Source of the DNA: Albugo candida
Lineage: Eukaryota
Assembly (NCBI GenBank): GCA_040437565.1
Contig: JBDOQK010000014.1
Span: forward strand, 186,001-250,000
Reading direction: 5' to 3'
DNA length: 64,000 bases
The notes beneath the pieces were generated by a model, which worked only from the letters and a program-made list of their open reading frames with translations, made no database searches and was not told the origin of the DNA. The position numbers were made by a program, and so were the translations under genes. This document shows positions 47,900 to 60,430 of this stretch, piece by piece; the first letter of the stretch is position 1; the number at the start of each line of letters is the position of its first letter.

Positions 47900-50100
47900 C
47901 ATTTGACTGGGACGTGAAAAGCACAGTGGACGTCAACCTACTTGTCAGAATATCAAGTTGCATTGAATAGGATTTGTAAGAAGCCGATGAGACCGATATT
48001 TGCGAACAGTGTATTCTTCCTGCCTTCCACTCAATTCCTTGCGATACACATCCACGTATCGCTTGGATTTTCTTGCAATCGCTGGATTTGGTTCAGTGAG
48101 ACGAAGGCAAGCGCTCTTGGGACTGTATTACGCAAGCCAACCGACGAAAAAACGCAGTTCTTCCGTGCTAAATGCTTTGCAGATCCCCAGATGCTCTCGT
48201 CGTACAAGTGAGACATCCATATCGTCTACACTCCTGAACTACTACCAGTGATGTACACACTTCCACCAGCTCCAACGCATGTTGTGTGAAAAAGTTTCTT
48301 TTTGAGCCAACCCAGTGAGATTCCGTGTAGATGATCGCCAGGTGTCGGCCGCAAGGTTCATCTCTTCCAGCATGCGTCGCTACGAAATGAAGTACGGCTG
48401 GCTTGCCATGACCTTTCTTGCACAACAATAGCTTTTTCCAACCTCGCATTTGTTCCGGCATCTCAACCTGAGATTAACTCACCACAGGACTCGTTCCTGC
48501 AGAAATGTTTTGCTGCCCTTCGGTTGTCCGCGACGAGCAAGGTTTGGGTAACCTTATGAAAAAATCATGCTCTTGAAATCCCACTCTCCCCAGGTGCTGC
48601 CTCGCATAAGTGAAAGACTACCACCAGGACCCAAATTTATCTAGTTTGCGAGAAAGGCGTCAGGCGCAGTGCCAGTTGCACAGATGCAAACAAGGCTTTC
48701 TTTTCGGGAAACTGAGCTTCAAATATGTTGAGCGCTCTCTCCTTCACCTGCTTCAGTAAGTCTTTAGCCTCACATAACCCATCATGTTGGCTTGTCGGAT
48801 GCATATAACACACGATTCAGCGGGAAAGTTGGGGTGCTGCAGCTTCTTTTCATCGTCTAGTGCTAAGAGATCGCCCACATTGCTAAGAAAGTCAATAAGA
48901 AGAATTGAGCGTCTTTGCCCTTTCTTGCGCAATGTTTTACTCACCACTGGGCAACCATTAGCGTTTCAAGCTGTCATACGAGGCCAAGATGCTCTCGTCA
49001 TGTGTCACCCAATCAAAAAAAGCGCAGCCTTTCCACCGGCCTCGAAACACGAAAATTCTCATCATTCCCATCCAAGCTCTCAAATTTCGGCAACTGTTCT
49101 TCATCCTTCTGCATTTGCTCCAGGAACATTTGACGATAAGCAGCCACATCTCCACGCTCATGCTCATCGATATAGAAATGTTTTTGAGCTTCACGGAGCG
49201 AAATATCTAGGAAATATAGCTAGCGCATCGTGGTCCGTTCTAAAATTGGGGGTGATGGTGCAAGCCAAAGGCCGGAGAGATCTTTTCATTTGCGTGGGCT
49301 GTCAATGTATTGATTTCAACCTAGGCTTCGTTCTCTCACAGATACGGCTGCAAACGTAATCTGCAACCTTTGTCTTGCAAAAAGCTCCTGCCCTATGCAT
49401 GCTTGTCTTGGCGAGAAAAAGGCGGTTTTCCGTCCTCGAGAAAAATTTGCGCCCAAGCGCGGACACAGCGTGTGTGCCAAACTTCTTTGCCGTCACCCTC
49501 AGCGATAGCTTACTTGATCAAGTAAAAAACATCCACTCTACGTCTCACTGCTGATTTCGTTTGCTGGAGAATCTAGTTTCTCACTACAACAAGCTTCTCA
49601 ATAGCAGTGTCCAGTACCCTCTCTGATCACAAAGACTCCTCTTCTTCGTCACTGCCTGTTGGAAGATCCTAATCAATTGCGGTCTCCGTTGTTTGCGCTT
49701 CATCGGCCTGGTTTGTGTTCACTTCATCAGGTGCTTAGTAGTGAGTCAAAGGCCAATAATCAGCGACAGCACGCGTGTTTGCGGCGGCTTTTCGCCTTAC
49801 AGTGCGTGCCGAGTTACCAACATAGCGCGAAGGTATATCCAACGACGCGTCTGAATGCGCGGCTCGATCAAGGCCGCTAGAAACGTCGTTTGGATTTTTT
49901 CTGCAACGCCTTCAGATTCTTGTTCTTTAGCGCCCAAACCCTCACTCAGACCCAAGGATTCGTCCATTGAACTACAGCTGGCGTTCTCGGAGCTACCAGA
50001 CACGGCCACAGCATGTTGCTCCTTCTTTGGGCGCTTACTTTTCACAGCCTGTTCGGCCTTAGCATTCAATTTTGGTGGATTTTGGTAAGATGTGGTAGTG
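47900..50100 (-). mobile_element. Possible decayed LINE 5' part (ORF1 and start of endonuclease)
   Basis: Fragmented minus-strand frames with QHPNFPAESCVIC (knuckle-like) followed by SLVVVQECR (like the APE first motif). Weak, pattern-based. Confidence 0.35.
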
Positions 50101-51161
50101 TGGAATGTAGGGAACGAAAGAGCAAAGGCTCGGATGCAGTGGCAAAGCCTCGTTCAGCATGGCTGCGGACTACAGACTATATTTAAATAATATCAAAATT
50201 TGGCCACCCCACTCTCCTGGTGATGGTTATATGTGTCGTCACCGTAGCATCATTGGAACGAGGTGGATTAGTCGGAGTGAAGCGAGCCGGGGTATGAACG
50301 ACAAATATGAAGGGAGATTCGGAGAAGGATGTACTAATTAGAGGAATGCGACGTCTTCATCGGAAATGCTATATGGATCTCTTCAAACGCGCTTTACGCT
50401 TCTCCGTATGGGTCCACAGGTCAATTACGCTGTTTCTACATACTCAATTTCTACCAGTGTACACGGTATCCTTCTTTCATGCTACTACATTCCTCTAGGC
50501 AAGTCGTTGCACAAATAAATCCTTTTTTCGCTTTTGAAGCGAGGCGATCTTTTCTAAGCGTAAGTGCACTTCATTTAACGTCATCAGGTACCATAATATG
50601 AGCACTCTGTGTCTTCTAGTAATCCTATGCAAAAATGTACAAGTATGAGAATCATACAGCTCGCAATAAAACCGTAAAAGTACATCGAAATGGGATCAAA
50701 AGGCCAAAAAAATATCAATTTCATTCCGCTTGCAAAGTCCGTACTTGTACTTGCATCTGTGCTTAGAACTAAACGTTATTGCAGCTTGACCCAAAGTTTC
50801 TCCGGAATGAGAGATGGGCCACGAAAATTCACAAAAAGCACAGTAAGCTGTCAAAAAGATAATTTTTCATGATGCAATGAATTAAGTCTAACGGTATTTT
50901 TCATCTAATAGGTGTCAGAGGAAACAAAATAAAAACGCTAATACCTGTAATGAATAAAGCCACAAGTTTGAGACTGCTATAGTGTGTCGTATCACGCATC
51001 CGTTCTGCTCGATCCGAATGAAAATGGAGAGCATACTTTCTTATCTACATTCTGAGCGAGGATGAAGAGATATCAACTGCTACTAATTCGTTTGTGTCGA
51101 TGACCCTTTAAAGCGTCGGAGTGTATGTAACCAGTCGACCATCACCATAAAATTGTGAAAG

Positions 51162-51401
51162 ATGAGCTCAATCGAGAGTGAAAGGATTTTCTGCAGACAA
51201 GCTTACACGAAATTGGAGGACCAGGATACCGTAAAGCCATTCATGCCGCCCGCACGCAAGCGGCAATTCATTCACAATAAAAATCTCCGTTTTCGAGGGC
51301 TTTATGAACCCCCAGAGCTAATCGTGGTTGTCAGTGTGGTTCTTATAGTGACTATAATCACTCTAGTTTTGAACAATGTCTGGCCATTCTACTTCTCGTA
51401 A
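51162..51401 (+). CDS. Small protein (79 aa) with a single C-terminal TM helix
   Basis: ATG-to-TAA ORF with a hydrophilic N-terminus and hydrophobic LIVVVSVVLIVTIITLVL. AATAAA lies a few bases after the stop. Confidence 0.45.
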   Translation: MSSIESERIFCRQAYTKLEDQDTVKPFMPPARKRQFIHNKNLRFRGLYEPPELIVVVSVVLIVTIITLVLNNVWPFYFS

Positions 51402-54400
51402 ACGCGAATAAAACAAAGTATCGGGTCTGCTTCCGCGCTCTATCCTTGGCCCATGCGGCATTGCTATTTTCGTTCAAACGTGCAGCGTTTATGCAGCTTC
51501 AATACGTCCTTGCAATAATACAACATTCGCGCAATCTCAGTACATCCTTGTAAAACATGTTACAAATCTGATAGACGATGTATCGACGTTCAAGGTGAGG
51601 AGTGATAATTGTGGCAAACGAACGCGTCTCAACAACATGCTTCCGCAAGTTGCGACATCCATGCGCTCCATGCGATGCCCTCACTTTTAAAAAAAAGTAC
51701 TTGGCACGACTGTACTTGTTGTCCATCGTCTCTGTGAGGTAGACCGAGCGTCTCACAGGCTCGTAATTTCATGTGTCGCTGCACATGCAAGCTAACGAAG
51801 GCGTGAAATACCACGCTGCTTGTTTCTCATTACGGTCTTTCGTCAGCTACCAAGCTTTAAACAAGACCAAATGGGGCCTCAATAGTCTCTAGGCTCGTTA
51901 TGTATGCACACGCAGCAGATGACAAGAACGTACGATTGCGAATGGCTGCATGCAGCACCGTTCCCAGCAATAGAAGGTTCCGTAGGCAGTGTGGGCAGCG
52001 GTTTGAGCCCACCCAAGCAATAAGCTTGGAAAATATCTGCCTCCCTAGGTTTGAAGTCAGANNNNNNNNNNNNNNNNNNNNNNNNNNNNNNNNNNNNNNN
52101 NNNNNNNNNNNNNNNNNNNNNNNNNNNNNNNNNNNNNNNNNNNNNNNNNNNNNNNNNNNNNCACGGCGATTGATAATTGTATTGCAGCACCGGCTGTATA
52201 AGTACCAATGGAAAAATGACATCCATGGATTCAATGATACTTTCCCCATCGGATTGAAATCCTTCAGCAAATTACATAATAGAAGAAGACGATAAGAAAG
52301 CAAAGGATATTGTTTGCATTTCTCATTCTTCTGTTGATGGTGGAGATGACTGCAGAAATGCCTGATGCTTGAAGACTTCTACGGCATGTTCGACGACGTG
52401 GGAGTAATAGCATATGTTGTGTACACATCGCATTCGATAGAAGAAATCGTCTGGGCTTGCGATGCCACTGACATTTGCTATAAACTCGATAACCAGTATT
52501 TGGATGATACCAGTGAAATGGGAAACTAGCAACTTGTATTTTATAAAGTCATATTCAACTTTAATCATCTAGACGACTTTGACCGCTTCAAGCAATCATT
52601 TAATTGGCTCCCTTTACAATTGAAGGAAGGAGTACTTGTATTACCGACTTTATTGGTCAAGTATTCAAGTAACTATTCTGTTTTGACTATAAAAAGTATT
52701 GGGAAGCGAACGATTCATGGCGGAGGTTGGTCTGGAGAAGTGTTATGGATATTACCGCTAAAAACTCAATACGTCATCGTTTCAAGACCGGACATCGTTC
52801 AATGCACCAGATGCGGCAATTGTTCGTGATCATAGAAGCAACTGTGTGGTCGCTTACCAAAAGTATGATGATTCGCAATCATGCCGACAATGTTTCCTGG
52901 GTAAGTTTGGTATACCGATGGATGCATCCGCTATATCCTTCGTATTTTTTATAAGATCACCCGAAACGCACCTCTCATATGAAAAAGTTGTTATCCTGGC
53001 GAGTCCCGAAAATGCTTTCGCACAATTTGCCTTTTTCGCAACTCCCATCAAGTCAATCTAAAAACCAGGTACCTGTCGTACTGGCTCGATTCGATTCTCT
53101 AGAATGCTTGGCATGTTTTGCTTTGGTGCACAATGTTCTGTTCGTATCAACAGTGATGAAGTACGTTTGTAGGAACGACAAGTGGACCCGGGCGTTGTGA
53201 TTGTGGGACGATCGACCGGAATTAATTAACTCACCGTATTGGTTTTCGTCGATCAATCTCCTATAATGAGGTTAAGTGGCACGTTTTTGGCTGGCTTAGA
53301 TCTAAATTAGATAAACGTCGACCGATACATGTGGACGCACTTCCCATCAGGCCCTCGGGGAAATAAAATTGTGACTAGGCGTAATGAATGAGGATAGCTA
53401 ACTGAATAGGTAACTTCAATTGAATAAACAGTAATCATTCAGTCTGCCTGTTACCAGTGGATATTGCTTTATACAAAGCAGATTTACTGTATTAGAACTT
53501 CTAGTCTCAAAATGCTTGATCTTCGATCGGCGCTAAATCAACGTAGCAACTTGGCAACCTCAGTCGAAGTGTTAGGACATATGGAAAGTTCAGGCATTAC
53601 GTCATTTCACCACAATATTGAAATAGCCACTAGAATATACTTTACTCAATTCAAACTTCCTGACTTCTTTATATCTCAGATATCTTTCTGAGAAGATCTC
53701 AAGGAAAACTCGTGAGTGTCGCTTACATACCTTCCTTTTGACAGTCTTTTATTGCGGTTGTCTTCACCACAACACGGCACCGGCTTGTGAAAATCGGAAT
53801 CGTGAAGATACTAACCGTGTATCTCATTATGATGGACTCCATAGTAAACGGAACGTAGCCATTGAACTAGGACAAGGATCAGAGCTGAAGATGCACTTTT
53901 GTTTGTAATGATCGTTGCGTCCTATAAGAATCACCGAATCATGCTTTTTCCACTGCTTCAGCCCCTCGAGAAGCTGGCTGCTTTCATCTTGGGTGTACCA
54001 TTTTCTTCCTAAATGTAGAATATGCGGACCAAACGTAGTGTCGATCGCTGATCGTGCTGATTTTATCGCATTTGCTAATTGCTTATGAGACAAAGACAAA
54101 TCCTATCGGTTCAGACGAAGTATAGCGTCACTCCCTTTCATCCAAGCCGTGAGAGCTGCTCATAGTCCTATCATTCCGACGACCAGATTGTCGGCACAAT
54201 GGCATTTGCGAAGCTTGCTGAATGTACACATGAAAAATTAAATCGAATCCAAGCTGGGATTAGCTGCCGCAAAAACTGTGATGTTTGTTTCTACACTCGC
54301 ATCAGAGACAATGATCAATTTCGATCGCACCATAAAAACTATCGAATGCACAATGTATGGTCCGATCAAATACCATATAAAAGTAGAACCGAGGCCTAAT

Positions 54401-56555
54401 TGCCAACATATTACAAGCCAGTCGAAGCTGTATGTATTCAAGATCTCGTGATGTTATCATAAACGCTCGAGCCAGTCCGTATGTATTTCTTGCGGTCTCT
54501 CCCCCTTGTCCATATGGGATGACTTTTCGTTGCTTCAGGAGCTTATAATATTCACGAAGATGTCATCGCTGATTCTCCGGGGAAAAAAGGCTTCAGTTTT
54601 GCTTTTTACACTCACAAAAAAATTCTCCACTTGGATAAAAGTCATGATACCAATCGTGGAGTAGATACGCTATAGTAGCTGAGAAATTTCATTGTAGAAT
54701 CGACCCAGGGACATTTCTCCAGCAGTGTCCTAGGTATTGAGCTGTACGTCGCTGTAAAATTTGCCGACCAATGGTTCCTTCTTGGTGGACTAATGGACTT
54801 CTTGGTCACATTGAGGCACATCGGGTGAAGTCAGGCAGTAATGAAGGCGCTGTAGAACGCCTAAATGGGCAATAGTTATACCTAAATTAGCTCACACCAC
54901 TTCAAAACCCATTTTTCTTAAAAAGATATGCTCTACTATTCTACCATGTTGACGTGTCGTTCGATGCGATGTTAAATCTGTACATCGTATGCTTCAAAAG
55001 TGCGACAGAAACTTGCGAGCAAAAAGGGGCAGAGAAACAGGAATTCATTCAAAGGCCAAGGTCTTTGCATCGCATCTTCAGCTGGGTAATGATTCTGTCG
55101 GGGTAGTTATGCAATGTTCAGATATCATGATCAACGTATCGGATGCGAAGTGCTTCAATAATTGTATCCATTTAGTTTGAGTCGACCCTGTCGACGAAGG
55201 TAAAAAAGTCATTACTAATCAGGGCAATGTCTTGCGAATCTCTCACAAATCGAATCAGCATCGCTGCCATTGTCGAATGATCTTTGCTTCTGGTATGTTT
55301 ATGTGCTTCGTGTAATGCGAAAAAAAAATTGTCTGTCGAACGCGACCCAAGCATGGACAGTCCATACATGCCGCAACCATACTCCAAAACTATCATAAGA
55401 ACATGTTGCGAATATGGATACAACATGTGGATAAGTCTCTGAAATTGTGGATCAACAGTTGATTCTCCACTTTGATGTATTTCGAGAGGAACGTATTGTT
55501 AAGTTGTGTGTGGAAGTGTGCGTTAGTACTCTCTAAAATTGATCGGAAGCAAACATAATGTCTTCTGAGCCGTAAAAAAGAAACGATAAAGACGCATGCA
55601 TTTTGAATTCACCTTTAGAGCAATTCTGTTTGCAAAATCACCTTCATATTGTAAAACACGTTGCTACTACAACCCCGACATTATTGACCAACTTTGGTCA
55701 GAAAGGGGTAGAATACCGAAAGAGATGAAAGGATATGTCAAGTAATCGTCAAGAGAATACATTGTGTTACACAATTCCAGTCTTTTTCTTATGCTATGGT
55801 TTTGATAGCTCCTTTCCAATTTTCTATACGGTAATGATGAAGCCTCACTGAAAAATGCCGCCACGATACGCGCTACAGTTTAAATCCAAATAAAAATTAG
55901 CAGTGATACCGTACCCGATAGCTCCGTGCAAAGTAGGTCACCATTGTATGAAATACTAATCTGATTTACTGCACGCCATATATAGAGTTGCCGACCCGCA
56001 CGTGCGGGAGTATTTCAATTTTTGCTTCGTCTTATCTCAAGTCGACACTTGATACATCACATATTCGGCAACGTGCGTGTTCTTGACGTCTTCATAATTT
56101 ACGCTGGTTCATATTTGATTCCTGCCTTCATAAACGCCGAATCCTTTGGCGTCATGAGTGTACCGTTCTGTCGAGAAGCTAATTGACATCCCCCGAATGA
56201 TGGAAAAGAAATATCACGGTGCTCATTGATAACATCACGCCGGTAGGTATGGGTTCCGTGGTTTACTCTGTATCCTGAGAAGCGATGGTCTATCTGATAG
56301 TTCCATCGATGTAGTTGCGATAAGGACACATAAAAATGTTCATTTTATTTCAAGTTGTTTCGTCCCACTAAGAATCCGCATCAGCCATCAAAGCCATCAC
56401 AGAAAACATGGCATCCTTTTCGGTCGCATCTGTTAACGTGAATAAGCCGAACAAAATTGTACGCTCACCTATGCATAGAGGGGCTCCAGTACTGGCTGAA
56501 AAACCACGATCTATCCAATCATCTTGTTTTCAAAACTGACGTGGCAGCTCACCCG

Positions 56556-57824
56556 ATGCGTACTGCTATAAAATGCATGCTAACGTACGGCGCTTGTTGC
56601 TATATCCTCTCAACAAGCTCTCGCATCGAAGAAGTGAACAGTAGGTACATTGTCCAAATTCATGAGAGTCTTGACGACATCGAAAAAGATAAGGAAAAAA
56701 TTCGATTATTCGCATCCACTATCATGACAACTAAAGCTGGAAAACGCCTAGAGTGTTTTTTACCAAAAATCGGGGAAATCGATGCAAAAGAGTCGCATTA
56801 TATTCGAGAGCAATCGAGACTTGCTTACGGGAATAATGCTTTTCACCGAATTAAACCAGAATGTCTAATGTATTCCATGAGCAATGACGAGAGGCTGTTC
56901 GAAGTATGTCCAGGTCTTCAAATTCGAGAAACTTCTTTAGGAGCTCTCTCCAAAGAAGATGTACTCTCGATAGAATCGAATGGGGATTTCCGTTCTTTGA
57001 GTCAAGATACTCATACAAAGAAGCATTACTTCTTTGAAGCTGGTTTGGCTTTAACAGACGATTACAATGAAGAAGTGGGCACTAGAGCTTTATATCTTAC
57101 TAAAGATGAGACAATATACACGCAGTATTTTGCGAGCACCGCACAAAAGGATAAACTCGCTGAAGCAGCAATCAAGGTGCAGTACATTTGTCAGACGGAA
57201 TTTGACAAAGGCGACAAGGTTGTGGCAGCACACACTTCCAAAAACGACAACTCGATTAGTTTTCTTGTGGCGTCTCAAATTTTCTGTGATCGACGTTATA
57301 CCTCAAACTATGGTGATTCGTATTCTCTAACTTCTGCGAAAATGGCAGATCTTGCAAAAAGCGGCTGCGTCAAGCGAATGGAAGGTTGGTGGACATATGA
57401 ACTTTGCTTGAATGCAAATATACGTCAGTATCATGCAGAAGATGACAAAACAACTGCAGAATTTGTGCTTGGCAAATTTGATCATTTGGAAAATGAGAAT
57501 ATGGTGAAAACGGGTCAAACACTTGTGCATGAGCACATTGATACCACAGATCACGCGATGATGCCAGCGCTTTTGCAAATATACAATGGTGGAACACCTT
57601 GCCAGGGAGAACTGGATGAAACAGTGCAAAGAGAGTCCAAAGTGTACATTTTTTGCGACGAGAAGACAGTTGACACCTTTCAAATCCTCAATATTGGAGA
57701 GACTCAGACTTGCCAATATTCGATCCAGATCTCGACGGCCGCAGTCTGTGACCATCCTCACTTCATTTCAAGTTCTGCAAACACCGAAAACCAATCTGAA
57801 ATCATTCACTGCGTTCCGAAATAA
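56556..57824 (+). CDS. OS-9/ERLEC1-like ER lectin (MRH / PRKCSH domain)
   Basis: C-terminal CVKRMEGWWTYELC...IRQYH...FVLGKF...YNGGTPC...RESKVYIFC...ETQTCQY...VCDHP. A second degenerate Cys pattern lies upstream. First ATG at 56556 with a short hydrophobic leader. Confidence 0.85.
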   Translation: MRTAIKCMLTYGACCYILSTSSRIEEVNSRYIVQIHESLDDIEKDKEKIRLFASTIMTTKAGKRLECFLPKIGEIDAKESHYIREQSRLAYGNNAFHRIKPECLMYSMSNDERLFEVCPGLQIRETSLGALSKEDVLSIESNGDFRSLSQDTHTKKHYFFEAGLALTDDYNEEVGTRALYLTKDETIYTQYFASTAQKDKLAEAAIKVQYICQTEFDKGDKVVAAHTSKNDNSISFLVASQIFCDRRYTSNYGDSYSLTSAKMADLAKSGCVKRMEGWWTYELCLNANIRQYHAEDDKTTAEFVLGKFDHLENENMVKTGQTLVHEHIDTTDHAMMPALLQIYNGGTPCQGELDETVQRESKVYIFCDEKTVDTFQILNIGETQTCQYSIQISTAAVCDHPHFISSSANTENQSEIIHCVPK

Positions 57825-57999
57825 ACGATGAAAATCGTGTCACTTGAGTAATTCATCAAAGTGGCCGCATGGGGTTTACATTGTGAAAATGTTGTAAAGA
57901 TTTTACTCAATAGTTTGTTGTGGTGATTAATGTCTACAATAGATACAGCATTGGACCCGTGAGCTTATATGTACATTGCTACCCTTTCTACTTTGTTGA

Positions 58000-59884
58000 C
58001 TACACAGACGTAGTAAATGCTTTCGGTGAACCTTCCAGCCAATGTCTTATCTGTGGGCTTTTTAGTGTTGGAGTGATTGGATGCTCAAACTCGAGATTGT
58101 TATCGTTTTGCAAACCGACATCGAACACAGGCTGATCATAACTTTTGTATACTGCCCCTTGCCGGTTGTATCCCGGGCCTTGAGGAAAAGCTACTGACAC
58201 ATCCGTACGCAGCCGTGGTGATCGGCGAATTGCGACGTTCCTCTCTGACGGTAAATCCTGAAAAAGAATCGCTGTTATAGTTTGTATGGGCAAGTAGTAC
58301 TGTGTGGAAACGTACAAAATCGATTTCAGGATGGAAAGTGAGGTCGTCAAATGAGAACTTGGTCCCGTCCGACTTTGCATATTCCGCCGAAGCAAAGCGT
58401 GGTGAGCGACGAAGACTAAGTGGCGGTTGGAGACCTGTTAAACTTGGTACGTTGAAAAGCTCGGCTACTTGCTGCTTTGAACCACGATCAATTTGATAAA
58501 GCGTACGAAATCAAATAAACCTCTCACCTCATTAAATTCAATGTCTAGGTGATCAAATGAATTGATCGAGCGGTCGATCATATCGTTGAATGGTTGCTGC
58601 TCGTTGTTGCTCGTGACACATCCGTTGGAAACACGGCGCTCTTCTCCATCGGACCCAAGGACCGCGTTATTTTCGTCCGGTTTCTTCATGCCATCTTTCT
58701 TATTCCATTTCCACTTGCCATCCACATCCTCAACAGCTTGTTGAAATCCGATATATGGAGCAATGTATGGTTCTGGCATTGACGGGCAATTAAATAGCTG
58801 CAAAAGGATTTGGGTGTGCAAAATTCTTCGCGGGGAGTCTGGTAGAAAAATGCCATCTGGAAGTGCATTTGTGTCTGTATATATGCGCAAATCTTTCCGT
58901 TTCCGCTTCGGATTTGGTCGTTTCGAATATTCAGAAGGTGGCGAATTTATTCCTTTCGCTGTTTTGCTAGCATCGGAGTACATATTGTTGCAAGACTTCT
59001 CGCCAGAATGACCTCGGCTTAATACTAACGCTACGAAAAGGTTTCATCAAAACCGGCGCAACGAAGACTCATCACTTTTGAACGTACTCAATTTCGGATG
59101 ATTCTTGTTTGTCTCCATCAGAACGCTTCCCGGATGGCAGCTTTTTCCATTGGGTACTTGCTTGCTGATTTTACCCCCGTATTTGCTACTCTGAGATATG
59201 GCTTTATTTTGCTGTTTCGCAATCCTTCGCATCGTCCTTCTCATTGACGAATACCAATGATTTTTGATCGCATTGTCCGTTCTAATAGAAAACGCATGAG
59301 CAACTCCGATACTCCAAGCAAGCTCCATTGTGCTTGGCTCTATACCTTCCGGGAAGCAATTTCGATATTTCTGCCCACTTATTCCCGAGCCGTGTTTGTG
59401 CGNNNNNNNNNNNNNNNNNNNNNNNNNNNNNNNNNNNNNNNNNNNNNNNNNNNNNNNNNNNNNNNNNNNNNNNNNNNNNNNNNNNNNNNNNNNNNNNNNN
59501 NNGCTCTATACCTTCCGGGAAGCAATTTCGATATTTCTGCCCACTTATTCCCGAGCCGTGTTTGTGCGTCATCAATGATCTGCTCTTCTTCCGGCGTCCA
59601 CGGATCCTTTTTGATCGTTGGATCCAAGTGATTCAGCCATCTTTTGTAAGCACTTTAGTATGACACGACATAAAAACTCATTGTAATTGCATTCACCTCG
59701 TTCGACATTGTTTGCCGGTGCGGTCTGTTCCATAATTTAAACTATTCAGATGGTCCGAAATGACACTCCAGCGTTTCGTTCCGTATTCTTCCACCAGTCT
59801 AATAATTGCATCATCCTCTTTCCGTGTCCAAGCTCGTCGTTCATAGCTCGAATTACGTTCCGAATTTTTCCCAGCTCTTCCCAT
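58000..59884 (-). CDS. Two-repeat (R2R3-type) MYB transcription factor, about 6 exons
   Basis: RRAWTRKEDD...RTGKQCRTR, intron 59641-59696, WLNHLDPTIKKDPWTPEEE...GNKWAEISKLLPG, intron 59282-59345, RTDNAIKNHWYS. Further GT-AG spliced exons run to ...SPKAFTTSV-stop at 58000. Gap overlap at 59403-59502. Confidence 0.92.
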
Positions 59885-60430
59885 TCTTTTTTGTGATTGT
59901 GAGCAGGATAAAAAGTGAGCCAGATTGCGACTAGGATCAAAGTTGGGCTTGTATAAGCGACTATAGGTACAAGTGGATGTCTTTTTGTGCTTATCGGTGT
60001 GTCGCTTGGGATTCCCTGCAGATATTACATTTCTATTGAGATTGATAATTATAGCTTCCATTTATACTGGTCATTGTATTACGAAGCTGAAACCGAACAA
60101 GGAAGCCGTTATCGAGCCGTTGCAAACAAGTGCTTACATGGCTCGCATCGCGCTAAGTATAGCCAAATCCATCTATAAATACGTCTCGATCGTGAAGTCG
60201 ATTAGTGCGGTCCGTATGTCAAGTATCCTGAGCGAGTGAAGCACCGTACACGAGAGAGTAGAATGAAATTAAAGAAGCTATAAAAGAAGATTGGCGATTT
60301 AATTATTCTCTGCTGTGAGACAGACTAAATGACCGAATCTTTGAATCGTTCGTCAGCATCAAACTCGTGCGAATGTGCATGGGAATGCTAGAAGGATTCT
60401 GTTTTTCCGCTTTTTCCTGCTTCTCGGACA

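Noticed and set aside
59335..59570. Third MYB repeat (3R-MYB)
   Set aside because: The extra GNKWAEISKLLPG is a duplicate across the gap, not a distinct repeat.
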